Positions 38,758-49,290 of a stretch of 64,000 bases of DNA are shown one piece after another. The position numbers were made by a program, and so were the translations under genes. Numbering within the stretch: position 1 is the first letter of the stretch; each line of letters opens with the position of its first letter. The notes below the pieces were generated by a model that saw only the letters and a list, made by a program, of their open reading frames with translations, ran no database searches and was not told where the DNA came from. The DNA lies in assembly GCA_030390025.1 (NCBI GenBank), contig CM059438.1, positions 52,950,001-53,014,000 of the forward strand. The letters run 5' to 3'. The stretch is from Squalus acanthias (lineage: Eukaryota).

Positions 38758-40397
38758 TGTAGAATTCGCAATATATCGCGATTTTATTAATAAGGAGAAA
38801 ACACAGAGTCTCGTTCAAACAGCTTTTATTTCAGCAGAATGCTGTCAGGTTTCTCAAAGTGGACACAAGCAGCCTGTAAAATGGCCGCCGCACCTCGTGA
38901 CAGAACATTCTAGACTTTTCGACAGGCAGACAAGATGGCGTTCCAATAAACATTTGTGCAAGATCGATTAAGATTCAGCACAGTGAAGATAATACACGAG
39001 ACATTATGGGTTTGCAGTATACACATAAATACTGAAATCGGTCTCCCAGGTACGAATGAAAGCTATTGTACCGAGTAATCAAGGGCCCATCCAAAAGACA
39101 TTAATATGTAAAATCCCAACGACTCTACGATGAGAGAGCCGTTAGCAGGTAGTTATACAAAACACTTGGAAGCCCCAAAACCCCTCCAGGGAGAACACCG
39201 ACCGATTTAACAATGGGAGAAATATTAACAGGTACTCAGACAGTTACGAGTAGCCCCGAAACCCATTAAGAACGGAGATCACCCATACAAGACATTTGAG
39301 CGCCAAACTCAAACAAAAGAAAGGACATTAAGGTTGGGCGGGAAACGGAAGATTTTGTACTATAATTACAAGCTCCAACCGTCCATCTTTCTCTTATTCT
39401 CTTATCCGATCGACTCGTAACCTCGTGGCTGCTCCTGTGTTTTTGACTCGTAGTCTTGTTCCTGCTTGCCTGGTGCCTTTTTGAAAAAGACTGTTGAACT
39501 TTCTGATCCGTTCGGATCTACCTCGTGTCGCGTAACGAAGACCTATGTTGGTAACTGGCATCGGAACCAAAGGCCCGAGATGAGATGAGATGAGATGAGA
39601 TGAGATGAGAAGAGAGGAAGACCATACTCATCGCCACGGTCAGTAAATCCCGACCGTGCCTGTAGGTCGAACAGCCAAGTTTTCCTTGCCAGGAAGACTT
39701 CTTTGAACTTGCAAGAACGATCGTCAAAGATGATATTGACTGGGCTGTATTCGGAAAGTACCTGTTAAACCAACCAACACAGATCTTCATCACAGCAGAC
39801 GGTCCAGCCTGCTAGCCGGAGCAGAAGCAAGTAAACAAGTGGGACCAGGAGACCTCCTGATCGACACGTGGGTGCTGCGGTGAAAAACATCCGATCAGCT
39901 ATTCGGAATTTCTCCGAGTTATCACGAGTGGTGAGCATGAGTCTCGAAATCCTACGAATCTAGCTAGGACAGATATTGATAGGGGAGGGTTTAAGTATTA
40001 AGGATACTTGTAATGTGTGCCCCTATTTACGGTGTGTCGTTCGTTCCTCGTTTCCCTAGGATCAGCTATATAACTGCTTGTAAGATTGTACTGTCATTAA
40101 TCTGTGCTTATGACATGTATTTCGTAATCTTAAGTATCATGCAATAAAGATTTTCCATTTCGTACCATTCAACCGAGTCTACATGAGTTTCATCTCCATT
40201 ACTGCTCTCGCATCTAAGTCCAGTGTCTAGAACCGTAAGGGCGAGTGATTCGAACCACTCACAGGTGTGTCTAGTGCTCCCAGACTGGCTGGAGACCAGA
40301 ACAGGCAACAAGGCCTAAACCCGCACTGACATACAGGCTGCACAGAGCCGCGTGAATCTCACAGGCTGCGAGACACGCAGGGTCAGAATCCCTTACA
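38758..40397 (+). mobile_element. ERV LTR copy 1 (1640 bp)
   Basis: TGTAGAATTC...CCCTTACA termini; TATA-like 39361, (GAGAT)6 at 39577-39606, AATAAA 40143; PBS follows 5 nt later; repeated at 53020. Confidence 0.9.
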
Positions 40398-40401
40398 GAA
40401 A

Positions 40402-42210
40402 ATGGCGACCACGGCAGGACACTGGCAGCGAGAGGGTAGTGTGTTAGACTTTGGAATGACTGTACGAAATGTTATGCAGGAAAAGATAGCAGATTATGTG
40501 TTCGGAAAGGTTAATCTAACTAAGAAATGGATAAGTGAATTGTTAGCGGATAAAAGCCCGCTAGAGGCAGCCGAAAGGTGGACAGATAGTAAAGAACATA
40601 AAAAGACACTCGAGAAAGCAGTCTGGCTTATGTGTTACAAAAGGCAGGTTCAGATTTCAAACCAGACCATTACAGCGCTAGTAGCTCGAATCAGTCATTT
40701 AGAGGGAGAAATGGATGAGAAGGTTTCTGGAGGGGAAATGCTCATTAGGAATTTAAGTGCGTTGCACCAAGAACGCCAGGAAATCTCCAGTCACCATAAA
40801 ACAAGGATAGATTACCTCGAGTGCCAGGTCACTGAGGCAAAGTTAAATGAGAGCAGGTTAAAGGAACGATGTGCCCGCCAAGCTGCCCAGATAAGAACTC
40901 AGGAAGAGAGCTTAACGGGGGTTAGGGCGGCATATAAGTTGGCCCTTGAGGATAAGTTTCAGGGAGCCGATCATAGCGCCTGCCAAAAAGAGATAGAGCA
41001 CCTCAAAAGGGCCGTGAACAAAGCGCACGGCATGGTGTGCCTTATCAGTCCGTCAGCACACCAGCCGCTAGTAAGTGAGAAGATTAAGAAATCCCCACCA
41101 AGTAAAGCAGAGGAAGTAGTAGCCACTGCGCCCTCCGCGCCACCCAGCTATTCGGAAACCTGGGTTAGGGAGGAAGCAATGGAAGAAACGAAAGAGCCCA
41201 TTGAGAAAGAAGTGGAAAAGGGACCGTTGTATCCAGTAACGGGTATTAAAAGGGGCCCAAACAGAAACGGTGGGGAAGAACCAGGGGATCTCCTCGGACA
41301 GCTTGTGTTGCCTCACAGCTCACACCAGCTGAGAGTTATGATAAATCACGTACGGAAGCTGACCGAGTCAGACGACCCTTCCGTACATTTCAGAGAAGTT
41401 GAGCAAACCGCAGCCATTAACGGCTGCGATGATGGGGAAACAGCAAAAATGCTGTTGTTTTTGTTAGGCAGTACAATCCTTCAGTGTCTCTCAGGCGAGA
41501 GCAAGAGGGGAACCAAGACTTATGAGGCATTAAAGAATGAGGTCCTGGAAGTGTTGGGGGCGGACGATGAAGGTCCGTTTGCTAGAGTGGGACAGACAGT
41601 GCAGATGGAGGGAGAACCCCCGAAGGTTTTTGCCGACAGGCTGTGGCCAGTATATGAGCGCAGCTGTCTAGGTGCGCCCGAGCGCGAAGATGTGGAAGGC
41701 GCCGGTTTAGCTCATTGGCTTAGGTGCATAATAGCCAACAGTTTACCAGCCGTCAGAGAGCAGGCAAAAGCATGGTTTGATCCCAATGACCCCAACATTA
41801 CGGAAGAGTCGGTCTTGAATCGACTCACGTTAGGATATCGCAATATAAGGGGTATGGCAACACGTCCCCTTAAGGGAAAAGTACATGAGGTACGACCCGC
41901 AGCCCCGTATCAAAGAGAGTGGCATCAGGAGGGTAATCGCGCCCCACAGGCAAGTAATGCTTGTTACGGGTGTGGGAAGACAGGGCACTGGCGCAAGCAT
42001 TGCAGGAACCCTTGGAAAGATTCCAAGGATAAAAATCCCGCGGTCCGAGCCCAGGCGCCTGTCCCGGCTAGGGAAGCTAATGCACCCACCCCTCCCGACG
42101 ACCTCGAAGTAGTGTTAGGAGCCATGCGCAATCTATTGAGTGCACATGGAAAGGTGGCGGTCGCAACCGGCCCCGTAGGTGCCGCAGGACCGTCTAATAG
42201 TACCCCATGA
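40402..42210 (+). CDS. gag: Gag (copy 1); likely start is the ATG at 40456
   Basis: 602-aa ORF after the PBS, coiled-coil-like N-half, PPSY late-domain-like motif, zinc knuckle CYGCGKTGHWRKHC. Confidence 0.9.
   Translation: MATTAGHWQREGSVLDFGMTVRNVMQEKIADYVFGKVNLTKKWISELLADKSPLEAAERWTDSKEHKKTLEKAVWLMCYKRQVQISNQTITALVARISHLEGEMDEKVSGGEMLIRNLSALHQERQEISSHHKTRIDYLECQVTEAKLNESRLKERCARQAAQIRTQEESLTGVRAAYKLALEDKFQGADHSACQKEIEHLKRAVNKAHGMVCLISPSAHQPLVSEKIKKSPPSKAEEVVATAPSAPPSYSETWVREEAMEETKEPIEKEVEKGPLYPVTGIKRGPNRNGGEEPGDLLGQLVLPHSSHQLRVMINHVRKLTESDDPSVHFREVEQTAAINGCDDGETAKMLLFLLGSTILQCLSGESKRGTKTYEALKNEVLEVLGADDEGPFARVGQTVQMEGEPPKVFADRLWPVYERSCLGAPEREDVEGAGLAHWLRCIIANSLPAVREQAKAWFDPNDPNITEESVLNRLTLGYRNIRGMATRPLKGKVHEVRPAAPYQREWHQEGNRAPQASNACYGCGKTGHWRKHCRNPWKDSKDKNPAVRAQAPVPAREANAPTPPDDLEVVLGAMRNLLSAHGKVAVATGPVGAAGPSNSTP
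40403..40420 (+). promoter_or_regulatory. Primer-binding site, probably tRNA-Arg(TCG)
   Basis: TGGCGACCACGGCAGGAC is complementary to ...GTCCTGCCGTGGTCGCCA, resembling vertebrate tRNA-Arg(TCG) 3' ends as recalled; identical site at 54666-54683. Confidence 0.78.
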
Positions 42211-45200
42211 CTAGAACCCGCGCAGCCCGTCTACCTGTGTCCGCTTAGCTATGATGCGTGGAAGCGACCTTTGGTGGAGATGGAGGTAGAGAAACAGAGG
42301 GGTAGTTATTTGTTGGACACGGGAGCTTCTTGCACCATAATCCATACAGATAGCCCTTTTGACTCGCCGCTATCTACCAGGGTCCCATTCACGTTAGCGG
42401 GGTTCACAGGAAAAGAACAGGCTGGCGCGTTCTCCCTTCCGCTATCCATTCGTTTGGGAGCACTTCACCTTAAGTGGAAGTGTATACTGATGGAATGGCA
42501 GGAGGGGGGTGGAAGAGGTATTCTCGGGTCTGATCTTCTATCGGGACACGGGATCCTCGTGGACCTCAGAAATCACTGTCTCTGGGGGGCTAAGGGTGAA
42601 AAAGGCGAGGTAGTAGTGATTCCGGGGGAGGAAGAAACAGGGGTCCTGTGTACCGTACAGCCATCCGGAGGCTACGACCTCAGGCTTATGGTCGCAGATG
42701 TCCCAACGGACATGCAAACGTACGTGTCAGATAATATGCACGCGTTTGCAACCCACAAGCACGATTGTGGGAGGGTTATCGGGTTTGAGGTCAGCGTAGA
42801 TGGGGACCCCATGACCCGACCCCAAAAGCAGTATAACTTCCCCAAAGAAGCAGAACCCGATATGGAAACAGCAATGTCCTCTTTGGTGCAGCAGGGCGTG
42901 TTGAGGCCGATAGCCACACACGTGAACTCCCCATTATGGCCGGTTAGGAAGCCGGATAATTCGTGGAGAGCCACGGTGGACTACAGAGTCCTTAACAGTA
43001 ACATTCCCGCCTGCGCGCCCACGGTAGCAGCAGTTGCTGACCTGATAGGGAGCATCCCAGCGTCCGCGACCACGTTCACGGTGCTGGATATCTCGAACGG
43101 TTTTTGGTCCATCCCGCTGAGGCGAGAGGACCAGTACAAGTTTGCCTTTACTTTCAAAGGACAACAGTACACATGGAACTGTCTGCCACAGGGTTTCCAC
43201 AATAGCCCCAGTATTTTCCATCAGTGTATGGCAGGAAGTTTAAAGGAGTTTAGTCAGCCCAATCAGATAGTGCAGTACGTGGATGATTTGCTCCTATTTA
43301 CGGACTCAAGGGAGGAGCATGGACCACTACTGGACGAGTTATTGGAGCTGCTAGCGAGAAAGGGTTTTAAAATAAATCCTAAGAAAGCACGTATCGGTCA
43401 GCGGGAAGTAAAATTCCTGGGACTGACCATACGCGCTGGGGAAAGAGCCATAGACAAAGCGAGGAGGGAGTCGGTGCAAGAATTACCGATTCCCAACAAC
43501 ATAAGGGGTGTGAGGTCCTTCTTGGGACTGACCGGTTACTGCAGGGACTTTATCGAAGACTATGCGGCCACAGCAGCGCCGCTCCTCCGACTCCTCCATA
43601 AGGGGGTGGAGTGGTCTTGGGACGAGGGCTGCCAAGCAGCCTTCGAGAAGTTAAAAAGGGATCTGCAGACCGCGCCAGCCTTAGGGGCCATAGATGGGGG
43701 GAAGGAGTTTTTCCTGGAGGTAGCTGCCAGCGGAGACAGCTTGAGCGCTGTGCTGCTCCAAGAGCGTCACGGCAAGCTGAGGCCGGTTGTCTATTCATCC
43801 AGGGTGTTAACGGATGTGGAGAGAAGTTTCTCCAATTGCGAAAGGCACCTTTTAGCCACGCATTGGGCTGTGAAAAGATCAGCGATCTTCACAGGGCTCT
43901 CTCCCATCACTCTCCTCACACATCACACACCAACTAAGATGCTTCTAGATGGGAGGATTAAAGATGGGACCGTAAGCAGCGTGCGCATTGCGCGCTGGAC
44001 CCTTCTTCTTTCCCAGATGGATCTTAAAGTAAAAGGTCTTTGCGAGCCCAGGCTTGCGGCCAATTTGGTATACCCCGGTACAGCCCACCGGTGTTCGGTG
44101 GAAGGGGTGTGGGACGTCAACATAGGTTTACGGGCCGGGATACATCCCACTGGGCGCGAGATTTATGTTGATGGGTCTAGCACAGTAACTGCTGGCGAAC
44201 GACTCACGGGGTGTGGAGTTTATGACCCTGCGGCAAACCTTGCCCTGGCGATCAAGCTCCCCAGCACCATGAGCGCGCAGCAGGCTGAGCTGTCTGCCGT
44301 GGTGTACGTTGTTACCCACCCAGACATTTTCCCAACCCCATACACGATTTGCTCGGACAGTATGTTCACCTGCAATTCGTGTACGGAATACCTGGCCATT
44401 TGGTCCCGCCGTGGATACACCTCCGCGGACGGGCGACCTTTAACGGTGAAGCCCTTGCTGGAAAAGATCTTAGCAGCAGCAGTAGGGGAGGAAGGAGAGA
44501 TTTTCATCCATAAGGTGAAAGCTCACTCCTCCACAGAGCCCCGTGGGGAGGGCAACCAGCAGGCGGATGCGCTAGCCAGGGAAGGTGCCCGCAACGGCAT
44601 TTTCTGGGACCCCTATGGGACCAGACCCATAGCAGCGATCCAAGGCAGGGACGGGAATCCCGGGAACACCAGGGTAGCATTGCCCCTAGACCTTAAGACC
44701 GTCCAAACCCAGGATCCCGCCCTAAAAGCAGTCCTAAAAACCATTGCTGAGGGGAGGCAGGTAGAAGGTCCGTACAGTACGGCAACCCTCTCAGTTAAGG
44801 AAGGCATGCTGTTCCGCGAGGAGCAGTGGGTTGTGCCGCAGCAGCACAGGAGGGAATTCCTCCAGTTGGCTCACGAGGGACCAGGGGCAGGGCACCCCGG
44901 GCCCGAGGTTACCTGGCAACGGGTAGAGCAAGCGGGATGGTGGCCAGGGCTCAGGGAACAAGTCCGCGAGTTCTGTGCAAACTGTCTTGTGTGCGCTGCA
45001 AACAACCCAGACCCCCAGAAAAGGAAGGTGCCCATGGGACACGTAAGAAGGGTAGAGGGACCATGGCAGTCGATACAGATCGACTATATAGGACCCCTGC
45101 CCACCACCCAGGGAGGTTACAAATACTGTCTCGTCTTGGTGGATGTGTTTTCCAAGTGGGTGGAAGCCTTCCCCTGTCGAACAGCTACGGCACTGGGTAC

Positions 45201-46305
45201 AGCAAAAATCTTGGTCCGGGAAGTGTTCTCGCGGTGGGGACTTCCCCGTTTTGTGGAGTCAGACCAAGGGAGTCATTCCACCGGCCAGGTGATGCAGAAC
45301 ACCCTCATGCTTTTGGGCATTGAAGGGAAGTGGCACGTAGCACACAATCCCCAGTCATCCGGGATTGTTGAACGCATGAACCGGACCCTGAAGGAGAAAT
45401 TGAGGAAAGAGACTAGGAACTCGCCCCAAAAATGGGCGGAAGTTCTGCCTTTAGTCCTCATGGAGGTCCGGGCCAGTCAGTCAAAAAGTACGGGGTACTC
45501 CCCGCACGAGGTGATGACTGGGAGGCTCATGCGAACCCCCACCCATGTGCTAGCGCCGGTGCTCACTGAGGGTCAGCTCCAAGAGATAAGCAGGGACAAG
45601 TTCGCCCAGACTCTCTTGGAGCGCCTGAAGCAGGTTTATGAGCAGGCGGCTGGGAACATGGGAAGGCAGCATCAGGGCAATCGCTTGTTGCTGGAACCCC
45701 GCAAAACGCGGGAGTGGGAAGTAGGAGACCAGGTCATGGTCAGAAACTACGCCAGAGTAGGGAGTCTGGAACCACTGTATATGGGACCCTACAACATTGT
45801 AGACAAGGCGAGTCCCATGGTATACGCTGTAAAAGTACCTCGGCGCACTAAGTGGTTCCACGTAAACCAATGCAAACTGTACAAGCCAGGTGCGCAAGGG
45901 AAAACCACAGGGGTAAACCCCGCCAGTGGGGAAGCACAGCCCCAGGTAGGACCACAAGGCACACAGGCAGGCAAAGCAGCTTGCATCAGGGGAGGGGACA
46001 TCCTGGAAGATCATGAAGCATTTTTGTGGGGTTGGGAGTCAGATGAGGGAGAATTCCGGGAACTCGAGTCAGATGAGGATAGTGATGAAGACGAGTGGTT
46101 TTTGGGGAACGGTCCCATTTTAGGTATAGGGAGGATACGGGCTGCAGATAGAGATCCACACAGGGTGGACACACAAGCTGCAGGTCCCGAAGACAGGAGG
46201 GAGGAGCTAGGGGAGGCGGGGCCAGCCGCTGTGGGAGCACAGGGAGTGACAGCGTGCGCATTGCGCGCTGGACCCTTCTTCTTTCCCAGATGGATCTTAA
46301 AGTAA
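42211..46305 (+). CDS. pol: Pol (copy 1): PR-RT-tether-RNase H-IN; C-terminal tail lost by frameshift at the duplication junction
   Basis: LLDTGA, LPQGFHNSP, YVDD, IYVDGS/SAQQAEL/SDS/GNQQAD, HHCC, IDYIG/SDQG/ERMN, GPY. Confidence 0.93.
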   Translation, partial: LEPAQPVYLCPLSYDAWKRPLVEMEVEKQRGSYLLDTGASCTIIHTDSPFDSPLSTRVPFTLAGFTGKEQAGAFSLPLSIRLGALHLKWKCILMEWQEGGGRGILGSDLLSGHGILVDLRNHCLWGAKGEKGEVVVIPGEEETGVLCTVQPSGGYDLRLMVADVPTDMQTYVSDNMHAFATHKHDCGRVIGFEVSVDGDPMTRPQKQYNFPKEAEPDMETAMSSLVQQGVLRPIATHVNSPLWPVRKPDNSWRATVDYRVLNSNIPACAPTVAAVADLIGSIPASATTFTVLDISNGFWSIPLRREDQYKFAFTFKGQQYTWNCLPQGFHNSPSIFHQCMAGSLKEFSQPNQIVQYVDDLLLFTDSREEHGPLLDELLELLARKGFKINPKKARIGQREVKFLGLTIRAGERAIDKARRESVQELPIPNNIRGVRSFLGLTGYCRDFIEDYAATAAPLLRLLHKGVEWSWDEGCQAAFEKLKRDLQTAPALGAIDGGKEFFLEVAASGDSLSAVLLQERHGKLRPVVYSSRVLTDVERSFSNCERHLLATHWAVKRSAIFTGLSPITLLTHHTPTKMLLDGRIKDGTVSSVRIARWTLLLSQMDLKVKGLCEPRLAANLVYPGTAHRCSVEGVWDVNIGLRAGIHPTGREIYVDGSSTVTAGERLTGCGVYDPAANLALAIKLPSTMSAQQAELSAVVYVVTHPDIFPTPYTICSDSMFTCNSCTEYLAIWSRRGYTSADGRPLTVKPLLEKILAAAVGEEGEIFIHKVKAHSSTEPRGEGNQQADALAREGARNGIFWDPYGTRPIAAIQGRDGNPGNTRVALPLDLKTVQTQDPALKAVLKTIAEGRQVEGPYSTATLSVKEGMLFREEQWVVPQQHRREFLQLAHEGPGAGHPGPEVTWQRVEQAGWWPGLREQVREFCANCLVCAANNPDPQKRKVPMGHVRRVEGPWQSIQIDYIGPLPTTQGGYKYCLVLVDVFSKWVEAFPCRTATALGTAKILVREVFSRWGLPRFVESDQGSHSTGQVMQNTLMLLGIEGKWHVAHNPQSSGIVERMNRTLKEKLRKETRNSPQKWAEVLPLVLMEVRASQSKSTGYSPHEVMTGRLMRTPTHVLAPVLTEGQLQEISRDKFAQTLLERLKQVYEQAAGNMGRQHQGNRLLLEPRKTREWEVGDQVMVRNYARVGSLEPLYMGPYNIVDKASPMVYAVKVPRRTKWFHVNQCKLYKPGAQGKTTGVNPASGEAQPQVGPQGTQAGKAACIRGGDILEDHEAFLWGWESDEGEFRELESDEDSDEDEWFLGNGPILGIGRIRAADRDPHRVDTQAAGPEDRREELGEAGPAAVGAQGVTACALRAGPFFFPRWILK

Positions 46306-48523
46306 AAGGTCTTTGCGAGCCCAGGCTTGCGGCCAATTTGGTATACCCCGGTACAGCCCACCGGTGTTCGGTGGAAGGGGTGTGGGACGTCAACATAGGT
46401 TTACGGGCCGGGATACATCCCACTGGGCGCGAGATTTATGTTGATGGGTCTAGCACAGTAACTGCTGGCGAACGACTCACGGGGTGTGGAGTTTATGACC
46501 CTGCGGCAAACCTTGCCCTGGCGATCAAGCTCCCCAGCACCATGAGCGCGCAGCAGGCTGAGCTGTCTGCCGTGGTGTACGTTGTTACCCACCCAGACAT
46601 TTTCCCAACCCCATACACGATTTGCTCGGACAGTATGTTCACCTGCAATTCGTGTACGGAATACCTGGCCATTTGGTCCCGCCGTGGATACACCTCCGCG
46701 GACGGGCGACCTTTAACGGTGAAGCCCTTGCTGGAAAAGATCTTAGCAGCAGCAGTAGGGGAGGAAGGAGAGATTTTCATCCATAAGGTGAAAGCTCACT
46801 CCTCCACAGAGCCCCGTGGGGAGGGCAACCAGCAGGCGGATGCGCTAGCCAGGGAAGGTGCCCGCAACGGCATTTTCTGGGACCCCTATGGGACCAGACC
46901 CATAGCAGCGATCCAAGGCAGGGACGGGAATCCCGGGAACACCAGGGTAGCATTGCCCCTAGACCTTAAGACCGTCCAAACCCAGGATCCCGCCCTAAAA
47001 GCAGTCCTAAAAACCATTGCTGAGGGGAGGCAGGTAGAAGGTCCGTACAGTACGGCAACCCTCTCAGTTAAGGAAGGCATGCTGTTCCGCGAGGAGCAGT
47101 GGGTTGTGCCGCAGCAGCACAGGAGGGAATTCCTCCAGTTGGCTCACGAGGGACCAGGGGCAGGGCACCCCGGGCCCGAGGTTACCTGGCAACGGGTAGA
47201 GCAAGCGGGATGGTGGCCAGGGCTCAGGGAACAAGTCCGCGAGTTCTGTGCAAACTGTCTTGTGTGCGCTGCAAACAACCCAGACCCCCAGAAAAGGAAG
47301 GTGCCCATGGGACACGTAAGAAGGGTAGAGGGACCATGGCAGTCGATACAGATCGACTATATAGGACCCCTGCCCACCACCCAGGGAGGTTATAAATACT
47401 GCCTCGTCTTGGTGGATGTGTTTTCCAAGTGGGTGGAAGCCTTCCCCTGTCGAACAGCTACGGCACTGGGTACAGCAAAAATCTTGGTCCGGGAAGTGTT
47501 CTTGCGGTGGGGACTTCCCCGTTTTGTGGAGTCAGACCAAGGGAGTCATTTCACCGGCCAGGTGATGCAGAACACCCTCATGCTTTTGGGCATTGAAGGG
47601 AAGTGGCACGTAGCACACAATCCCCAGTCATCCGGGATTGTTGAACGCATGAACCGGACCCTGAAGGAGAAATTGAGGAAAGAGACTAGGAACTCGCCCC
47701 AAAAATGGGCGGAAGTTCTGCCTTTAGTCCTCATGGGGGTCCGGGCCAGTCAGTCAAAAAGTACGGGGTACTCCCCGCACGAGGTGATGACTGGGAGGCT
47801 CATGCGAACCCCCACCCATGTGCTAGCGCCGGTGCTCACTGAGGGTCAGCTCCAAGAGATAAGCAGGGACAAGTTCGCCCAGACTCTCTTGGAGCGCCTG
47901 AAGCAGGTTTATGAGCAGGCGGCTGGGAACATGGGAAGGCAGCATCAGGGCAATCGCTTGTTGCTGGAACCCCGCAAAACGCGGGAGTGGGAAGTAGGAG
48001 ACCAGGTCATGGTCAGAAACTACGCCAGAGTAGGGAGTCTGGAACCACTGTATATGGGACCCTACAACATTGTAGACAAGGCGAGTCCCATGGTATACGC
48101 CGTAAAAGTACCTCGGCGCACTAATTGGTTCCACGTAAACCAATGCAAACTGTACAAGCCAGGTGCGCAAGGGAAAACCACAGGGGTAAACCCCGCCAGT
48201 GGGGAAGCACAGCCCCAGGTAGGACCACAAGGCACACAGGCAGGCAAAGCAGCTTGCATCAGGGGAGGGGACATCCTGGAAGATCATGAAGCATTTTTGT
48301 GGGGTTGGGAGTCAGATGAGGGAGAATTCCGGGAACTCGAGTCAGATGAGGATAGTGATGAAGACGAGTGGTTTTTGGGGAACGGTCCCATTTTAGGTAT
48401 AGGGAGGATACGGGCTGCAGATAGAGATCCACACAGGGTGGACACACAAGCTGCAGGTCCCGAAGACAGGAGGGAGGAGCTAGGGGAGGCGGGGCCAGCC
48501 GCTGTGGGAGCACAGGGAGTGAC
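43977..48523 (+). repeat. Tandem 2273-bp duplication of the RNase H-integrase region within ERV copy 1
   Basis: 43977-46250 is repeated at 46250-48523; junction ggagtgac|agcgtgcgca; ORF-track offsets are constant at 2273. Confidence 0.95.
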
Positions 48524-49290
48524 GGTGAGGACCCCAGAGACAGAGCCGCCCGCTTTGAACGTCCCGTCCTCGGGGGAGGCAGAGATCACGAGTGAAGGGC
48601 CGCCTGCTGGGCCGAGCAGGGCGGAGCCACAAACTGCGAGCCCCGAGGTTAGGGAGGCGGAGTCAGCGGAGGCGGAGCCAGCGACTGTGGTGGAACCCCA
48701 GGTCGTCCCGATGGAAGTCTCGGAACCCGGTCCGTCAGTCACGGAACCCCCGCCCATGGCAACTCCCCGTAGGTCAAGTAGAGAACCCCAGCCCAGGAGG
48801 ATGTGGTCATGTCCCCAGACTGCCCCAAGGCGTAGACTTAAGGTTAAGGCAACCCAGATACAGCCCGGCCCCATCGCAGCAGCAACAGGCTGCGGCAGAT
48901 CAGAGGAAGGAATCAGTGCAGCAACAGGCTGCGGCAGATCAAAGGGAAGGGTCAGTGCCCTCCCACCGTCGGGAAGAGCTCGCAGCAGCCTTCTCAGAAT
49001 TTAAAGGGGCCGCCCTGAGAACGGGCGGCACTGTATAGTAATAAGTTTTAAGTTTTAAGTTCATGGTTCAAGGTTAAGTTTATAGTTTTAATAAGGTTAA
49101 GATTGTAGTGTTTTTAACAGAAAACGATAAAATGATGGGAGCTTTAAAAATAGGTTTAGTTAAAGTTTATTCAGCGAACGTTGAAGTTTACGTGAGGCGA
49201 GGTCAGGGGACCCGCTCACCCTTCACAAAAGCCAGAGACTCTTGCGAGGCTGGCTACCTCATTCTATCTGATCACAGGAACCAAGGAAGG

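Noticed and set aside
37676..40397. Treating the whole 2.7-kb direct repeat as the LTR
   Set aside because: TG...CA termini and homology to the solo LTR place the LTR start at 38758; the left 1.08 kb is Harbinger sequence that continues into a longer transposase
40402..40455. Gag starting at ATG 40402
   Set aside because: This ATG overlaps the PBS (A-TGG); the ATG at 40456 or 40474 is more plausible, though not proven
46254..49004. 916-aa ORF as an extra viral gene
   Set aside because: It is the duplicated 3' part of pol, without its own ATG start
49108..49290. Env N-terminal extension from the ORF track (844 aa, GTG start)
   Set aside because: A splice acceptor at 49277 and a signal-peptide ATG at 49291 give a more plausible start
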